A DNA stretch of 64,000 bases from the human T2T-CHM13v2.0 reference genome, Homo sapiens, in NCBI RefSeq assembly GCF_009914755.1, contig NC_060930.1; one strand, 5' to 3'. Made by a program: the position numbers and the translations under genes. Under the pieces are notes generated by a model that saw only the letters and a program-made list of their open reading frames with translations, had not been told where the DNA came from and ran no database searches. Positions 1 through 10,212 of the stretch are shown here, piece by piece. The stretch's first letter is position 1, and the number at the start of each line of letters is the position of its first letter.

Positions 1-124
1 CAAGGTAATAAATGTTTGTACTTTGTAATAGCTATATAGTCGTAAGAAAATATAATGCCATCATAAAAACCATACACAAATTTAGCACACTTTTAAAAAG
101 CTGAAAATCATTATATATATAAAA

Positions 125-427
125 TTATGGTCAGTGAAATAAGCCAGATACACAAAGACAAATACTGCATGATCTCACTTATATTTGGAATCCAAAAAAG
201 CTGAACTCATAGAAGCAGAGAATTGAACTGTGGTTAGCAGTGGCTGAGGACCACAAGGGTAATTGGGGAGATGTTGGTTAAAGGATGTGAAATTTCAGGG
301 GAATAAATTCAAAAGATCTAGTGTACAACATGATGACTATAGTTGATAATAATGTGTTGTGAATTTGAAAATTGCTGAGAGAGATTTTAAGTGTTTTCAC
401 AACAAATAATTGACAAGTATGTAAAGT
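125..427 (+). mobile_element. L1 3' UTR fragment (L1MA/L1MB type)
   Basis: Typical L1M 3' end motifs: 'agtgaaataagccagatacacaaagacaaatactgcatgatctcactt' and 'gtgtacaacatgatgactatagttgataat'. Interrupted by an LTR at 428. Confidence 0.75.
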
Positions 428-1147
428 TGTTGTGGCTCCGAAAATGACACCCCATAGAAAATGACACCCCAAAGTATGGCACTTTGTCGTGCTGAACACT
501 ACGAATTAAAGAAAGTTGGAAGGCCTTAGAAGCTGCCTCAGAATCAAGGTCTCTGACCTTCCCTTTCTTCCTCCCCAGTGGAAGGGTGGGGCTCTCTCTG
601 AATTTCCCTTATAGGAATGAAGGAAGTTCTTCCAAAAGAAACACAATTGCCTTTCATCCCCTGTCTGATACCTCATTAAAGAGGGGACATTAATTAAATA
701 TGAAGAAACTAAAGATTGTCACTATACCCAGCCAGACAAACGTTCCATCTATTATTCTGAGGGCTGTTACCTGAGAGGCTTTATCTGTGTCAGACAATCT
801 TTGTTCTCAGCACACTTCCACCACTCACCTTCCCATAAATTGTCACCACCTCTTCCAGAGCCCAGAAAAACCTTGTGCCAGGCTCTTGTATGATCTTCAG
901 GCCCACTCGTGTCCCCTAAAAATTACTTACTTTTTCTTTAAAATTGTCTATATTCCCTACTTCTCTCTCTCATATGAAGAGGGTGTTTAAGCTTCACTCA
1001 TCTGGCCCTTCTTTGAATTTTATATTTGTATAACTCACATACACTTGCACATTAGTAAGTTTGCTGATCTGTCTGTTGTCAGTTTGCTTATAGACTCAAA
1101 TTCTCAAACCTTTGGGATGTAGGAAGAAAGTTCCTTTTACCCCAATA
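428..1147 (+). mobile_element. Solo ERV1-class LTR (MER34/MER39 group, tentative)
   Basis: Starts TG, with 'gaaaatgacaccccaaagtatggc' near the 5' end. Imperfect 4-bp TSD AAGT (424-427) / AGGT (1148-1151). Family name from memory. Confidence 0.6.
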
Positions 1148-1152
1148 AGGTG

Positions 1153-1190
1153 ACACACACACACAGACACACACACACACACACACGCGC
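1153..1190. repeat. (CA)n microsatellite
   Basis: Seen directly. Confidence 0.95.
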
Positions 1191-1412
1191 AAAGAAATGA
1201 AAAACAAATCCATAAATGCACTATTTAATATAACTCAAAATTATTTTTAAATTCAACATACATTCAAAAGAAACAAAGAAAGAGAAACATATGAGTACTT
1301 TGTTACAAGATTTTGCATACATGCTTTGAAAGAGAGAGAGAACCATGTCTTTAAAATACGAATCAGAATGAGTTAGCCAAAATCTAATTTGTTCTTTCTT
1401 TCTCAGTAATAG

Positions 1413-2022
1413 TGTAACTGAGTACCCCATTTTTGGAAGAGAAAGAGAAATAATTATTATTTTTTCTATTTTTTCTCTCCTCCTTTCCCCTGTTCCCCCA
1501 CTAACTTAGATCTTTAGAGAGCAATTATAACCTTTACCTTCTTTTCACCAGACATTCCTTACAGGGCAAGCTTATCTAACCATGTGCTTACTTAGAAGCT
1601 CCAGGGCTGGGAACCTCCCCTACCAGGAGATTGCCTCAAGAAACAATAGTCAGTTAAATACCTAAAGTGTACTGGTGAGAAAACTTTCTCCTACCTGGAG
1701 AATATCTCGACAAGATGGCCACTTTACAATGCAGCTCTGCCTGCAATGGTGCCAGCTCAGCCACCTTGTAGATAAGACATCAAAGTGAGTTCTGTAGACC
1801 CTGCACCTGCTTGCTCCCTGCCCTGCATGCTGCTCATGCCAAATCCCCCTTTTAAATCCCCTGCTTTTTGCCCCCAAAGTGAAGCAATGCCCTTAAAGGA
1901 AAGAGACTGTCCTTTTACCCTAAGCTAAAGTTTGGAATAAAGTCACTTTGTTCATACCAGATTTCATTCTTGTTAATTGGATTCTTCATGTGGCAAGTGA
2001 CTGAATCTGTGTATCAGTTACA
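1413..2022 (+). mobile_element. Solo ERV1 LTR, MER66-like
   Basis: TGTAAC...GTTACA inverted termini, AATAAA at ~1936, TSD ATAG/GTAG. Confidence 0.75.
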
Positions 2023-2538
2023 GTAGAACCAACAATTAGGCTATGTTCATAAAACCACCTTCATCATTCATTCTTGCAGCTGGGTGTAACAAAGTTTTAC
2101 AAATGGAATGTTAGTGTAATTGGTTTGTGAAACTTTCAGAAAATCTCCTTAAAGGGAATGGTATCCTTAGTTTACCTTTTTTCTCCTATTTTTATGGGTT
2201 GGAAAGTGGAAGAGTGATTGGAGCTTCTGCAGGCATCTTAAATCATGCTAAAAGGGTCATAAACTTAAGGGAAGTAATGGAGAACACTATGAAGAGCTTG
2301 ACTCCTTACACATTAGTGGATCTGGCTCATCAACCCTGGATTGCTGATTGCTGGATTTTTAACAATACATAATAAAACCTTGTATCTTCAGCCACTATTA
2401 ATTATGATTTTTCTGCTGTATGAAATAAAAACTAATTCTAATATTGATACAGTATTTGACACGTGAAAGTTGTATGCTGCCTCTGACAAAACTAAAAATC
2501 AATTATTGGCACAGTGTTGGGCACAGTGCCCTGAGGAT

Positions 2539-3033
2539 TGACAAAGACAGCCTTGATGTTCACCTCAACTTGATTAAAGTTTAGATAGGTTCCTTCCTAA
2601 CTATAGATCCCTGACCTTCCTTATCTTAGAGCATTTCCTTCAGAAAAGACATTTCAATTTTAAATTCTGTCTTTACCCCCTTTGAGATGTAAATCTTCCA
2701 CAACCTAGGAATGTCTCTTTCAAGGATCTGGGGAGGGTGGACATTACTTTGAAATGTAATTATCAAGAAAGATAGGCTCCAATGCCCCAGTTTCTGTGGA
2801 AAAGGAGAAGCCTAACTATGATGAGTGCCAATTAGCAAACACAGATGGCCTAATCACACTGATCCACCTCTTCCAAATGTCCTTCAGTACTTTTCATTAG
2901 GTCAACTCAGAGTTTAAAAATCTTCCTGTTTTTTGTTCCAGTTGAGTTGAATGCAATCTCTACTCTACTGCAGTTGTCTTCAATAAAGTTCCCCTTGCCT
3001 GTTTAGCTAGTTGGATGCAATTTTTCTTTTATA
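2539..3033 (+). mobile_element. Solo ERV1 LTR, MER67-like
   Basis: Starts 'tgacaaagacagccttgatgttcacctcaacttgattaaagtttagatagg'. AATAAA at ~2982. Perfect 4-bp TSD GGAT (2535-2538 / 3034-3037). Confidence 0.8.
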
Positions 3034-3073
3034 GGATTCAAATACACTAAGTTTTATAGCTTGTGAGTCTTCT

Positions 3074-3305
3074 TATTACAGGAGTTATTAAGAAATTATT
3101 TTAGGCAGATAGAAAAGATAAGGAATCCTCAGTAAGGCTTTTTCTTTTAATAAAAACAGCTCCTGAAACATTTCTTTTCTAACAGAAAGCAGCTTGAAAA
3201 GCCGGATCACCAAGCATTGATATGCAAATGTTAGTGACCAGAAACCAGGTCCACCAAACATGGTGGTTCCCACACTCTTCTCCTTGTCATCATGTGTGCC
3301 AGGTG
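3074..3305 (+). mobile_element. 5' LTR, U3 portion only
   Basis: Colinear with 8972-~9202 of the 3' LTR up to 'tgtgccaggtg', then homology stops abruptly. Confidence 0.9.
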
Positions 3306-3860
3306 CATCTTTAGGTTATTAATAATGGCTTCTAGCCCTTTCCTAGACTCTAGCCTTAGGGGATACTGTTTCTGGTTAGGAAAAGAAATGGGATCCTTAA
3401 GATGAATCTGGACTGGCCTAGTGGTTATAGCTCGAACTCTTGTTCCTTGAGTCACCCACACTTCCAGAATAACGACATTAGTTTCCATCAGGGGAGATGA
3501 AGAGATTACCCTCTGGTTATAAGGGTGCTGGCCCCCATGCGAGCTAGAATATCTCTACCTAACAAAAGAGTGGGAGTCTTGGGCATGATTAAAAAAGCAT
3601 GTGTAAATGATAGGTCCCACCCAAATCTGCAGCTATGAGGTTAAGAAAAATATCTGGTTAGAGTTTTTTCCTGAGACACCACTTATGGTTGTGGTATGGG
3701 AAAAGGGAAGGCCTGGATTAGAAAGGAGAAAAGAGAGACTCGCTCTAGTAGCCAGCAGGAGATCTACTTTTCTTCCTTCAATTTCCAGCATCACCCAGGG
3801 CTCCTGTGCTTTAATAGCAGTGTGAGTCACTGGAGCCAGGGGCTTGAGCCCTGGGACCCA
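3306..3860 (-). pseudogene. pro-pol: ERV protease and start of reverse transcriptase (decayed)
   Basis: ORF 3633-3830 'EPWVMLEIEGRKVDLLLATRASLSFL' is a degenerate LLDTGA protease motif. ORF 3231-3488 'PVQIHLKDPISFPNQKQYPL' is the gammaretroviral RT N-terminus. Confidence 0.85.
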
Positions 3861-5366
3861 TCAGTCCTTCTAGAGCATCTGTGAGACTGGTCCTGAACCC
3901 TGTGACTTCTGTCTCCAGGGGCAGTTCCATCTCCAGTGTTCTCTGCCACAGGCTGGACAAGGTTGAGGTGGCTTCATCTTTCTGCCTAGGCATTCCTTCT
4001 TAAAATGACCTGACTTGCCACATCGATAACAGCTAGTGGATGCACCTTAGGGATCCTGGACTTTGCAAGCTTACAACACTGCTACTAGATTCTCTGTTCT
4101 TTAATTGTATTTCCTCTCCTTTTCTTGGGCCTCCTCCTGATCCCTATCACAAAAGACCAAAGTGGTTATTCTCAGGAGGTTTTCTAGGGTGCTCTCTGGT
4201 CCTATAGCTTACTTCTGTAGTTTTCTTCTAATATCAGGAGCTGCCTGTGTAATACACTTGTTTTTCAGGATGAGCTGTTCCTCAACTGAACAAGGGGATA
4301 AAGAGGTAAGTTTTATTAGTGCCTCTCTCAGCCTTTCCATAAAGGCTGTAGGGTTTTTGTCTGGTTTTTGGTCTATCATGGACACTTTAGAATAATTGAG
4401 AGATTTGGCCCTGGTTTTTCGTAGGCCCTCTAATATGCACCTTAAAAAGTGCTTGCTTTTCCATTCATCTCCTAAGTTATTGGGATTCCAATCAGGGTTG
4501 TCTACCAGAACTGTTTCTCTTCTTAGTGGGAATGGAGTTTCCACTGCTTTTTTATGTTCCCTGTCTCCTCTTTTTCTCCTTTGTCTGCTATAGGAGACAT
4601 GTTGCTTATCTCCATATTTTTCTGCAGCCAGCAGAACTGCCTGCTTTTCAGCTGCAGTGAGGGTATGGGTTAGGAGCAACATAACATACTTCCATGTGAG
4701 GTCACACACAACCTGAGTTTAATTTTTGAAAATTTCTATATACCAATTGGGGTCATCAAAAAATAAGTCTAAGTCTGCGTTTATTTGTTTAAGGTTCTAT
4801 AATGAGAAGGGAATGTGAGCCTTTGTGGCACCATTTCCATCAGGCACTTCCTACAGAGTTAAGAGGGAATTGTGTGTGTGTTTTTTGGGGGGGAATGGTA
4901 ATACTGGAGATGGTGGAGATGGAGGAACTAATGGTACAATTGGAGGGTGACTAGAAGGGTTGGGACATTCAATAGCTGCCTCAGATTCCTCCTCTGGAAT
5001 CTGCTTTAGCTCTGGGGAACTATTCCCTGTGTGCTTGCCTGCCATGGCTGCTAAAAGAACTGGGTTGACTGTATAGAGCTTGTAAAGTTCTGTGTTATCT
5101 CACAGGGCACAGAAAGCCTGTACATGGAGAATCTCAAGTCCATTTGTCCTTCTGTATGCAGAAAAGATCTAACTATTGGATAATATTGAAATCAAGGCCT
5201 CCTCTACCAGTCCAGGTTTGTCTGTTCCCAAGATGGTAAGAAGGCCATGCCCTTGTGCAATAAACTATCAGGTGCTTTTTCTTTTTTTCTTCTCAGGATT
5301 GAAGGAGTCCCAGTGCTTTAAAATGCACTCCAAGAGACTGCATGCTGAAGATGATCTGTTACCCAT
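3860..5366 (-). pseudogene. gag: ERV gag (frameshifted, with stops)
   Basis: ATG-GGT (Met-Gly myristoylation start) at 5366. Capsid ORF 4209-4709 contains the MHR-like 'DQKPDKNPTAFMERLREAL'. Two zinc knuckles: CYRCGKSGHFKKEC (~3990-4031) and CPACGREHWRWNC (~3921-3959). Confidence 0.9.
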
Positions 5367-6731
5367 CTAGAAAGAGAAGGGAGAGAAGGCATCCCTTTAG
5401 TCTCCTTCCCTTCTGTATGTGACCCAGGGTAGAGAAGAAAACAGTGGGGGCGTCCCCCCAACTATGTTCCCTCCCTGGTTCCTGGGTCCCAGCACCCTGT
5501 TAAATGTGCCTTCAGTGGTTGTAGGCATGACCCTCTTAGCAATGGCACCATAGGAACTAGACTTTTAGGCCAATCACACTTACCCAAATAGCCCTAGTCC
5601 TCTGCTTATGATTTCCCTTCGACTTTTTAGACTTGTGTGACCTGTGTGTCTCCCTAAAAAAATGGATCTGGGAGACTATATAAAAGGCAAGGCTTCTTTA
5701 ATGGAGGGAATGTGCTACATTTCCTGCTATTATGGCCAGGGCTAAAACATTTACCATTAGAAAAATAGTTCCAGTTAACTTTCGAACTTAAAATCCCCTT
5801 ACTGATTAAGTACTGTCTTAATCAGAGAAAGAGTAGGTGCCTTAAAGGGATGTGGGGACCTAATGGCAATGTTCCTGCTGATGGGACAGTATCAGGACTA
5901 AAATTTGGTTGTGGAGGACATGTTACTCTTAATAGCTGAAAGCAGAATTTTCCTATTCACGGAAGTAGCATAAAGCCTAGTTTCCAGTAGAAAAGCACAA
6001 AAATACAAAGTTGTGATGCTGCAATGTACCACAGCGGGCCAGCAAAGTTTTTTATGAAGAGGATTTCTATTTCCACTAGGTGGCCCTATTGGCTTAGAAA
6101 TGACATGTGCTCACCAGCGGATTAGTAGCAAGTAACATCACTGTGGCGGAAGTGGAGATCTCTCTTCTTAGAAGATTGCAATGGCATTCCAGAGCTATAT
6201 CTTCGGTTACTACAGCATTTCCTGATTTTGCCTAACAGGATTACTTCCCTAGGCTGTAAAAATTCCTGCACATTCAACGGAGAAAGAGACCATGGATAGA
6301 AAAAGAAGAAAAGTTTTTGACAGAATAACTGGGGATTCTTTACCAACACCCAGAGCAAGCTGTCAGAGACTGGGTCTGGTTTAGAAGCCTTTGGATAACA
6401 CCAGGCTGTATCCTGGCCAGAAATTCTCACTTGCCTCAGATCTTTCCCCAGCCTTGCATGATGGCTAAGTTTCACTGTGAAAAGAAACTGATTTGAAAGA
6501 TGGCCAACATTCCCAATGACCCGTGGGTATTCTCCATGTTCTCACCAACAAGCCTGACATCTGAGTCTTTAGAGCAGTGGCCACAATAAGCGTATTTTTA
6601 ACTGGCTGACGAATGCTCATTGATTGATTTGATTTGATTTTAAAATAGAGGCTGAGATTGCCTCAGAATGGTAGAACAGATTTTTAAGTTCACTCCTATA
6701 CTCACTACTCCAGTGAATGTTGTACCTTGGT

Positions 6732-6749
6732 TTCCCAGTCAACACACCA
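6732..6749 (-). promoter_or_regulatory. Retroviral primer-binding site, tRNA-Gly type
   Basis: Minus strand reads TGGTGTGTTGACTGGGAA, 3 nt after the LTR's terminal CA. It matches the complement of the tRNA-Gly 3' end (TGGTGCGTTGGCCGGGAA) at 15/18, all differences being transitions. Confidence 0.75.
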
Positions 6750-6752
6750 AAA

Positions 6753-6900
6753 TGATATGGCTCCGATGACTGGAGAAACACCAGGGTCGTTTGTCTTGCC
6801 CCAATAAGAGTAATGGCATGGACACAGGTGGAGTTGTTTTAGAAGCAGAAAGTTTAATAGGCAAGAAAGAAGAAAAAAGCTCCCCCCCACACAAGGAGGG
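6753..6900 (-). mobile_element. 5' LTR R/U5 portion, inverted
   Basis: Reverse complement ('agcttttttcttctttcttgcctattaaactttctgct...cagtcatcggagccatatca') aligns with the last ~150 bp of the 3' LTR (~9435-9582). Confidence 0.9.
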
Positions 6901-7550
6901 ACCTCATTTAAGGAAGCTGTCACACAAGGGGTCTCAAAAGCACTAGAAATGGAATATCATCTCCATTGTGCCAATGGAGACCCAATCCTCAGGAAAGGTA
7001 GAGAAAACTGATGATATTATCAAGAGACACCTCAGAAAATTATCCCAAGTAACTCACCTTCCTTGGGTTTCTATTCTTTCCATGGCCTTGCTATGAATAA
7101 GAAATATCCCTTCAAAACTAGGTCTTAGCCCTATTGAGATGCTATATGGATGACCTTTACCTACCAATCATTTTCTATTACATCAGGAAACCTCTGAGCT
7201 AGCTAAGCATGTAATGCCTCTCTGGCTCACTTTCAACAGGAATTAGCACAATTAGCAAAAGCCCAACCCCAGGAAATAAGACCACCTCTATTTAACCCAG
7301 GAGATTTGATACTGGTAAAAAGCTCTCCCTTCTCTCTCTTGCTCCCTAAGCTCAAGCTTGAAAGGGTCTTACACTGTTCTTCTTTTAACCCCTTTGGAAA
7401 TAAAAGTTACAGGAATTGACTCCTGTATACATCCCACTTGAGTCAAAGCCTGGAGAGCTGAGGGAGCAACCCCTTACAGCCCAGAGGAATATACTCAATA
7501 TTAATGTGAAGAAATAGAAGATCTTGAGCTGAAAATAATAAAGATAAGTA
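6898..7550 (+). pseudogene. pol: ERV integrase C-terminal half (decayed)
   Basis: Translates to GTSFKEAVTQGVSKALEMEYHLHCA, then after a frameshift WRPQSSGKVEK. A GPY/F-like motif lies at ~7365. Confidence 0.88.
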
Positions 7551-7559
7551 TCTGAGTGA

Positions 7560-8860
7560 GACCTACTACCTCACAAAATACTTTTTGTCATTTCTACCTC
7601 TCCTTTCAAGATTTGTTGTCAATTAAATAATTGAAACTCCATTTGTCAGGTGGACCCTTCTCACTTGGCATGTCAAATTCCAAATGGCACCATAAATGAT
7701 TATCCTAAATACAGGTACCTTTGTCTCAAGGATGCCCCTATTATACATAAAAAAGGGAAACTTCTAAGATACGAGAAAAATCTGCCAGTTTTTCTCACAA
7801 GCCAAACTTAGAACTGTTCCTTCAAGGAACAGAGGTGTATTTTCTTTGTGGCTCCTGGCTACACTTAGTCTTTCCAAGGCACTGGAAGGGAACATGTACT
7901 AGAGTAGCAGTAGTTCCTGACATTATTTTTAAATTCTACTGAGATGTCAGCATCATCTGGAGACATCCCTAACTTAGGCTCTTTTCTAGAAACTGCACTA
8001 TCTCAGATACACTGGACAAAGAGATCTTTCATTTCTATGCCCTCACATGAAGATTAACTGAAAGGGCAGACTGGGCAGAGCATGCACATAACAATCCCAT
8101 CTTAGAAAAACCATGCATGGAAAATTCTGTAGCCAGAGGTCTATTTGGTTTGCGGGCATCCCTCTCCTTGAAAGATCAGTACTTAATATTTCCACTACGA
8201 TGCAACAAAGATGGAAGGCAACTGTAGGTGCCATAGAGGCACAACAGCAATCTATTGATTCTTTAGCCTCAGTAGTAGCACAAAATGGATGGACCTTAGA
8301 TGTCCATATAACTGAAGTAGGAGGTACCTGTGGACTTTTTTTTTTTAATTTTTTGTATTTTTGGTAGAGACGGGGTTTCACCATGTTAGCCAGGATAGTC
8401 TTGATCTCCTAACCTCGTGATCTGCCTGCCTCGGCCTCCCAAAGTCCTGGGATTACAGGCATGAGCCACTGCACCCGGCCTACCTGTGCACTTTTAAATC
8501 CAACATGCTTCTTCTGGATTAACACCTCTAGTCTAGTAGAGGAAAACCTACAGATACTTAAAGATCAAATCAAAATCATTGACAGGTTAAGAGAAAATGC
8601 AGGCTTCAGCTTTCGGTGCCTGCAATCCCTCTTTAATGAATTCCAGTGTTCCTTATGGAATTGGTTAGCTCTTTATTAAGCCCCCTCTTGCTTGTGTCTT
8701 GTATTAATATTTGGGCCTTGTATACTCAATAGCATAACTCGAATTGTTTCCTCTTGCCTAGAAGCAATCAAACTCCAAATGGTGCCGAAAATCGAAACAT
8801 GCATGGATGTGCCATTCTTCCAAGAACCCTTAGATTGACCCCAGGAGGAACCCTAGGTGC
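7560..8860 (+). pseudogene. env: ERV env remnant (mostly TM subunit), disrupted by an Alu
   Basis: Furin-like WTKR at ~8013-8024. ORF 8113-8367 'QQQSIDSLASVVAQNGWTLDVHITEVGGTC' resembles the ISD/CKS-17 region. It continues after the Alu as '[23 protein letters not shown]' (degenerate CX6CC). Confidence 0.88.
8340..8480 (-). mobile_element. Alu left monomer with poly(A) tail (AluSc/AluY-type diagnostics)
   Basis: Minus strand reads GGCCGGGTGC...tacaaaaaatt followed by an A tail. 15-bp TSD tacctgtggactttt (8325-8339) / tacctgtgcactttt (8481-8495). Confidence 0.95.
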
Positions 8861-8971
8861 TGTTCACCTCCTGACGCCCCTTTTTAGCAGGAAGTAGCCA
8901 GAAAGAGCCGATGCGAGCCGTTGCCCGAAACCTCCTAATAGCAGTTAGGGTGATATATTTTCCGGGAGGAA

Positions 8972-9582
8972 TATTACAGGAGTTATTAAGAAATTATTTT
9001 AGGCAGATAGAAAGAGTAAGAAGTCTTTGGTAAGGCTTTTTCTTTTAATAAAACAGTTCCCCAAACATTTCTTTTCTAACAGAAAGCAGCTTGGAAAGCC
9101 AGACTGGCAAGCATTGATATGTAAATGCCAGCGAGTAGAAAAAAGGTCCAGTCAACATGGTGGTTCCCACCCTCTTATACTTATCACCACATGTGCCAGG
9201 TGTCATGGCCACCTCCAGGTAACACCACGTGTGCAGGACATCATGGTGACCTGCATTTGCATATTAAAAGGCTAGGGTTGGAGGGCCAATTTATTTCATG
9301 GGCTACGTGAATGACACACCTGGTCAAACCAATCCCCTGGGCCTTATGCAAATCAGACACCATCTCCTCCAGCCTCCCAATATGATTGACTGTTTTCCAC
9401 TACACACAGGATTCCTCTGTTTTCAGAACCCCGCCTTCCCTCTGTACGGGGAAGCTTTTTTCTTCTTTCTTGCTTATTAAACTTTCTGCTCCTAAGACCA
9501 CTCCATGTATGTCCTTGTCCTTAATCTTATCAGCGCGAGACAAAGGACCCTGTGTGTTTCTCTGGTCATCCAAGCCGTATCA
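8972..9582 (+). mobile_element. 3' LTR, complete (611 bp)
   Basis: Preceded by the purine tract 'gggaggaa' and ends '...ccgtatca'. ATTAAA signal at ~9476. Octamer motifs at 9255 and 9346. Confidence 0.92.
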
Positions 9583-10174
9583 CTGTTATGCCATGGAAAA
9601 CACTGGTTATGCTTTCACTGGTGCTGCCTTTCAATGTTAGAAATTGTTAAAGCTTTATGGGAAATGGTAGGAAAAATTCTTAAAGTTTTTTGGTTTTAGT
9701 AGCTTTAAGCATAATTCTAAAAAAAGAAAACATCTCAGGCTAGACTTGCCCATTGAAAGCAGATATGGAAAAGAATATAGCTTTGCAAACAAAGCCTTTG
9801 TCTAGAGCCTGCAATCAAGCTAAAAGTTCAAAATTTGTAGACTGACAGAATTGAAAATTCAACTCCTCTACCTCAAAGTGAAGCAGTTGCAAACAATGGT
9901 GCTGAAGTGGCAGCCTTAGAAGGAGATTAAACTGATGCCCTAATCAAAGGCTGTGAGCAACCCAGCAGAGAGTATTATGTGGAGTGCCTTCTCATGCAAC
10001 CCTCAATGTAGTAGCCATTAAGTTGAAATATAGGAAGGTGAATTTTATTACAGAGGCCTGCAATGAAAGACTAAGACTCCATATCTGGATGAGATCTTTG
10101 GAAATGCTACTTGCATAATAAGCTAACTAGAAGAAAGTAGAATGAACAACTAAAATGTTTTATAGGGAATTTTT

Positions 10175-10212
10175 ATGTTTTGTTTTATTTTATTTTATTT
10201 TATTTTATTTTG
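10175..10212. repeat. (TTTTA)n simple repeat
   Basis: Seen directly. Confidence 0.9.

Larger units (their letters stand above)
3074..9582 (+). mobile_element. Class I endogenous retrovirus (HUERS-P3-like, LTR9/MER61-group LTRs), internally inverted and deleted
   Basis: Two homologous LTR starts 'tattacaggagttattaagaaattattttaggcagatag' at 3074 and 8972. Between them lie gag/pro on the minus strand, integrase and env on the plus strand, a PBS and a PPT. Confidence 0.9.

Noticed and set aside
4209-4709. 166-aa capsid ORF as a domesticated gag gene
   Set aside because: It is a fragment of a gag with stops and frameshifts on both sides, and it is cut off from its U3 promoter. The sequence shows no sign of selection.
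8113-8679. Syncytin-like co-opted env
   Set aside because: SU is largely deleted, TM is split by an Alu, CX6CC is mutated and stop codons are present.
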